From IMG/VR virus record IMGVR_UViG_3300044951_001136: DNA of 64,000 nt; one strand, given 5' to 3'. Of this stretch, positions 62,860-64,000 are shown in pieces. The translations under genes were made by a program, and so were the position numbers. The notes beneath the pieces were generated by a model that was given only the letters and a program-made list of their open reading frames with translations, did not search any database and was not told the DNA's origin. Every line of letters begins with the position of its first letter. The first letter of the stretch is position 1. Source of the stretch: a virus (lineage: Duplodnaviria; Heunggongvirae; Uroviricota; Caudoviricetes).

Positions 62860-63312
62860 ATGACAAAAACATTAACCCTTCGTTCCCTTGACATTCCGCA
62901 ACTTCACAAATTTGGTATCGGTTTTGATACTATTTTTGATGATTTACATAGGATGCATTCCCAACAATCTAACACAAACTATCCCCCATACAATGTCGTC
63001 CAAATTACTGAGGACGAATATATGATTAGTATAGCAGTAGCTGGATTTGGTTTTGATAACCTTTCAGTAACAAAAGATAAAAACTTTTTGATTATTGAAG
63101 GTAAAAATACTATCAATGAAGAAGACTTACCTGAGATTAACTATCTACACAAGGGTATCAGTAATAGAGATTTTCGCAGAGAATTCAAACTTGCTGATCA
63201 TGTTGAGATAGTAAATGCACATCTTGAATTGGGTATTCTTAGTGTTCATCTAAAGCGTGAAGTACCTGAAGAACAAAAGCCCAGATCAATTGTAATATCC
63301 CATACTAAATAG
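62860..63312 (+). CDS. small heat-shock protein (IbpA/Hsp20 family)
   Basis: YPPYNVVQITEDEYMISIAVAGFGFDNLSV...LHKGISNRDFRREFKLADHVEI parallels E. coli IbpA; start set to ATG 62860 after AGGAGA. Confidence 0.85.
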   Translation: MTKTLTLRSLDIPQLHKFGIGFDTIFDDLHRMHSQQSNTNYPPYNVVQITEDEYMISIAVAGFGFDNLSVTKDKNFLIIEGKNTINEEDLPEINYLHKGISNRDFRREFKLADHVEIVNAHLELGILSVHLKREVPEEQKPRSIVISHTK

Positions 63313-63322
63313 TATAATAGCA

Positions 63323-63350
63323 GTGTGCAGTTGAAAAGCTGCACATTTTT
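63323..63350 (+). terminator. intrinsic terminator after the sHSP gene
   Basis: gtgcag-ttgaaaag-ctgcac + attttt. Confidence 0.6.
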
Positions 63351-63373
63351 ATAAATTATAACCGGTAACTAAT

Positions 63374-63679
63374 ATGTCTAAAACAGAAACAAAAATCAAG
63401 ATTAAACCTAACCTCGCATTAGTTGAACCACCGTTGTTCAAAATCATTTATATTAATGACAATGTTACTAGTATGGAATTTGTAGTGAGTAGTTTGATTG
63501 ATTACTTTAATTATAACCAAGATACAGCGAAAACAATTACTCATAATATCCATGAAGAGGGTAGTGCGGTAGTTGCTGTTTTACCCTACGAGATTGCTGA
63601 ACAACGAGGTATTGAAGTTACACTTGATGCGCGAAGTCAAGGTTTTCCGTTGCAGATTAAAGTAGAGGCTGATGCTTAA
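63374..63679 (+). CDS. clpS: ClpS adaptor protein
   Basis: PPLFKIIYINDNVTSMEFVVSSLIDYF matches E. coli ClpS [27 protein letters not shown]. Confidence 0.8.
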   Translation: MSKTETKIKIKPNLALVEPPLFKIIYINDNVTSMEFVVSSLIDYFNYNQDTAKTITHNIHEEGSAVVAVLPYEIAEQRGIEVTLDARSQGFPLQIKVEADA

Positions 63680-63996
63680 ATAGAAATTTCTATTCGCCTA
63701 GACCAATAGGGGTTTCTTTTGAAACTGCTATTGTTAATGTAGTTGATATCGTTTATATTGGTGTCAACTACTTTTTCATATGTACCATATAACCAATGTG
63801 AAATTTTGCTTTCGGTGTCAGCAACTAAAGCGATATTTAAATTAAGTTGCTTATCTATAGTGCTGGGATGTTCTCCAAAGTATAACTCTATACTGGGAAC
63901 TGAGTTAGTGACCACTATAATCTTTTTAACATCTAGGTGTTTTTGCAGTCGTTCTATTGTATTTCTGAGGTATAATATATCTGCATTACGATGCAC
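63676..63996 (-). CDS. hypothetical protein, 5' end probably beyond the window edge
   Basis: ORF runs to within 4 nt of the window end (first codon in track is GTG). Confidence 0.3.
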   Translation of the reverse strand: MHRNADILYLRNTIERLQKHLDVKKIIVVTNSVPSIELYFGEHPSTIDKQLNLNIALVADTESKISHWLYGTYEKVVDTNINDINYINNSSFKRNPYWSRRIEISI

Positions 63997-64000
63997 TTCA

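Noticed and set aside
1-64000. tRNA genes, CRISPR arrays, integrase/transposase or att-like terminal repeats
   Set aside because: Scanned for GTTCGAATCC-type T-arm boxes and cloverleaf-sized GC-rich islands, for regularly spaced short direct repeats and for recombinase motifs. None found. The only repeats are intragenic (18405 gene) or the 64-bp promoter duplication.

Overview
This window reads as a contiguous piece of a large, AT-rich, virulent T4-like dsDNA phage genome, densely packed and almost entirely on the + strand. Many adjacent genes overlap at ATGA or TAATG junctions, which implies translational coupling. No tRNA, rRNA, CRISPR array, integrase or transposase was recognised by eye.

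Recognisable replication and repair genes: a family-B DNA polymerase (26299..29004), an RFC/gp44-like clamp loader (4015..4941), a possible gp45-like sliding clamp, an ATP-dependent DNA ligase (55828..57174), a FEN/RNase H 5'-3' exonuclease (46312..47307), a DEAH helicase fused to an HNH nuclease (44292..46268), a UvdE UV-damage endonuclease (42692..43759) and PhoH (5231..6019, minus strand).

Features that stand out:
- A proteostasis toolkit: DnaJ, a ClpA-like Hsp100, a GroES/gp31-like co-chaperonin, ClpX, ClpS and an IbpA-type small heat-shock protein, with no ClpP seen in the window.
- A 7-deazaguanine DNA-modification block (DpdA/TGT-like, FolE, QueD, QueE) interleaved with nucleotide-sugar genes: a TagD-like cytidylyltransferase, a GT-B glycosyltransferase, an SDR epimerase and a 2OG-Fe(II) oxygenase. 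A separate PP-loop ATPase carries a TilS-type signature rather than a QueC one.
- A family of probable packaged or ejected virion proteins. They share an MR(F/A)xE(I/F)I N-terminus and a periodic (E/K)QGV(A/S)EG motif and end in very basic tails. One carries a Tat-like RRGFLRG segment directly after a QGVAEG site. Alongside them sit a GH19 lysozyme, a Dps-like ferritin and a secreted SNase.
- A DnaE (Pol III alpha)-like N-terminal remnant, split over two ORFs and ending just before the catalytic aspartates.
- A 1021-aa protein with three nucleotidyltransferase-like regions, followed by a GT-A-like protein and a Pol-beta nucleotidyltransferase.
- Small lysis- or membrane-related genes: an entericidin-like lipoprotein missing from the ORF track, an SPFH lipoprotein with an upstream 2-TM partner, and an Ala/Pro/Lys-rich secreted protein on a GC-rich island.

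Regulatory signals are unusually clear:
- Several perfect or near-perfect sigma70 promoters (TTGACA-N17-TATAAT), one sitting in a 64-bp perfect direct repeat in front of two adjacent genes.
- A class of extended -10 promoters placed 6 nt from the ATG, which implies leaderless mRNAs.
- Recurrent GATAAATA/TATAAATA motifs that resemble T4-type late promoters.
- Several clean intrinsic terminators.
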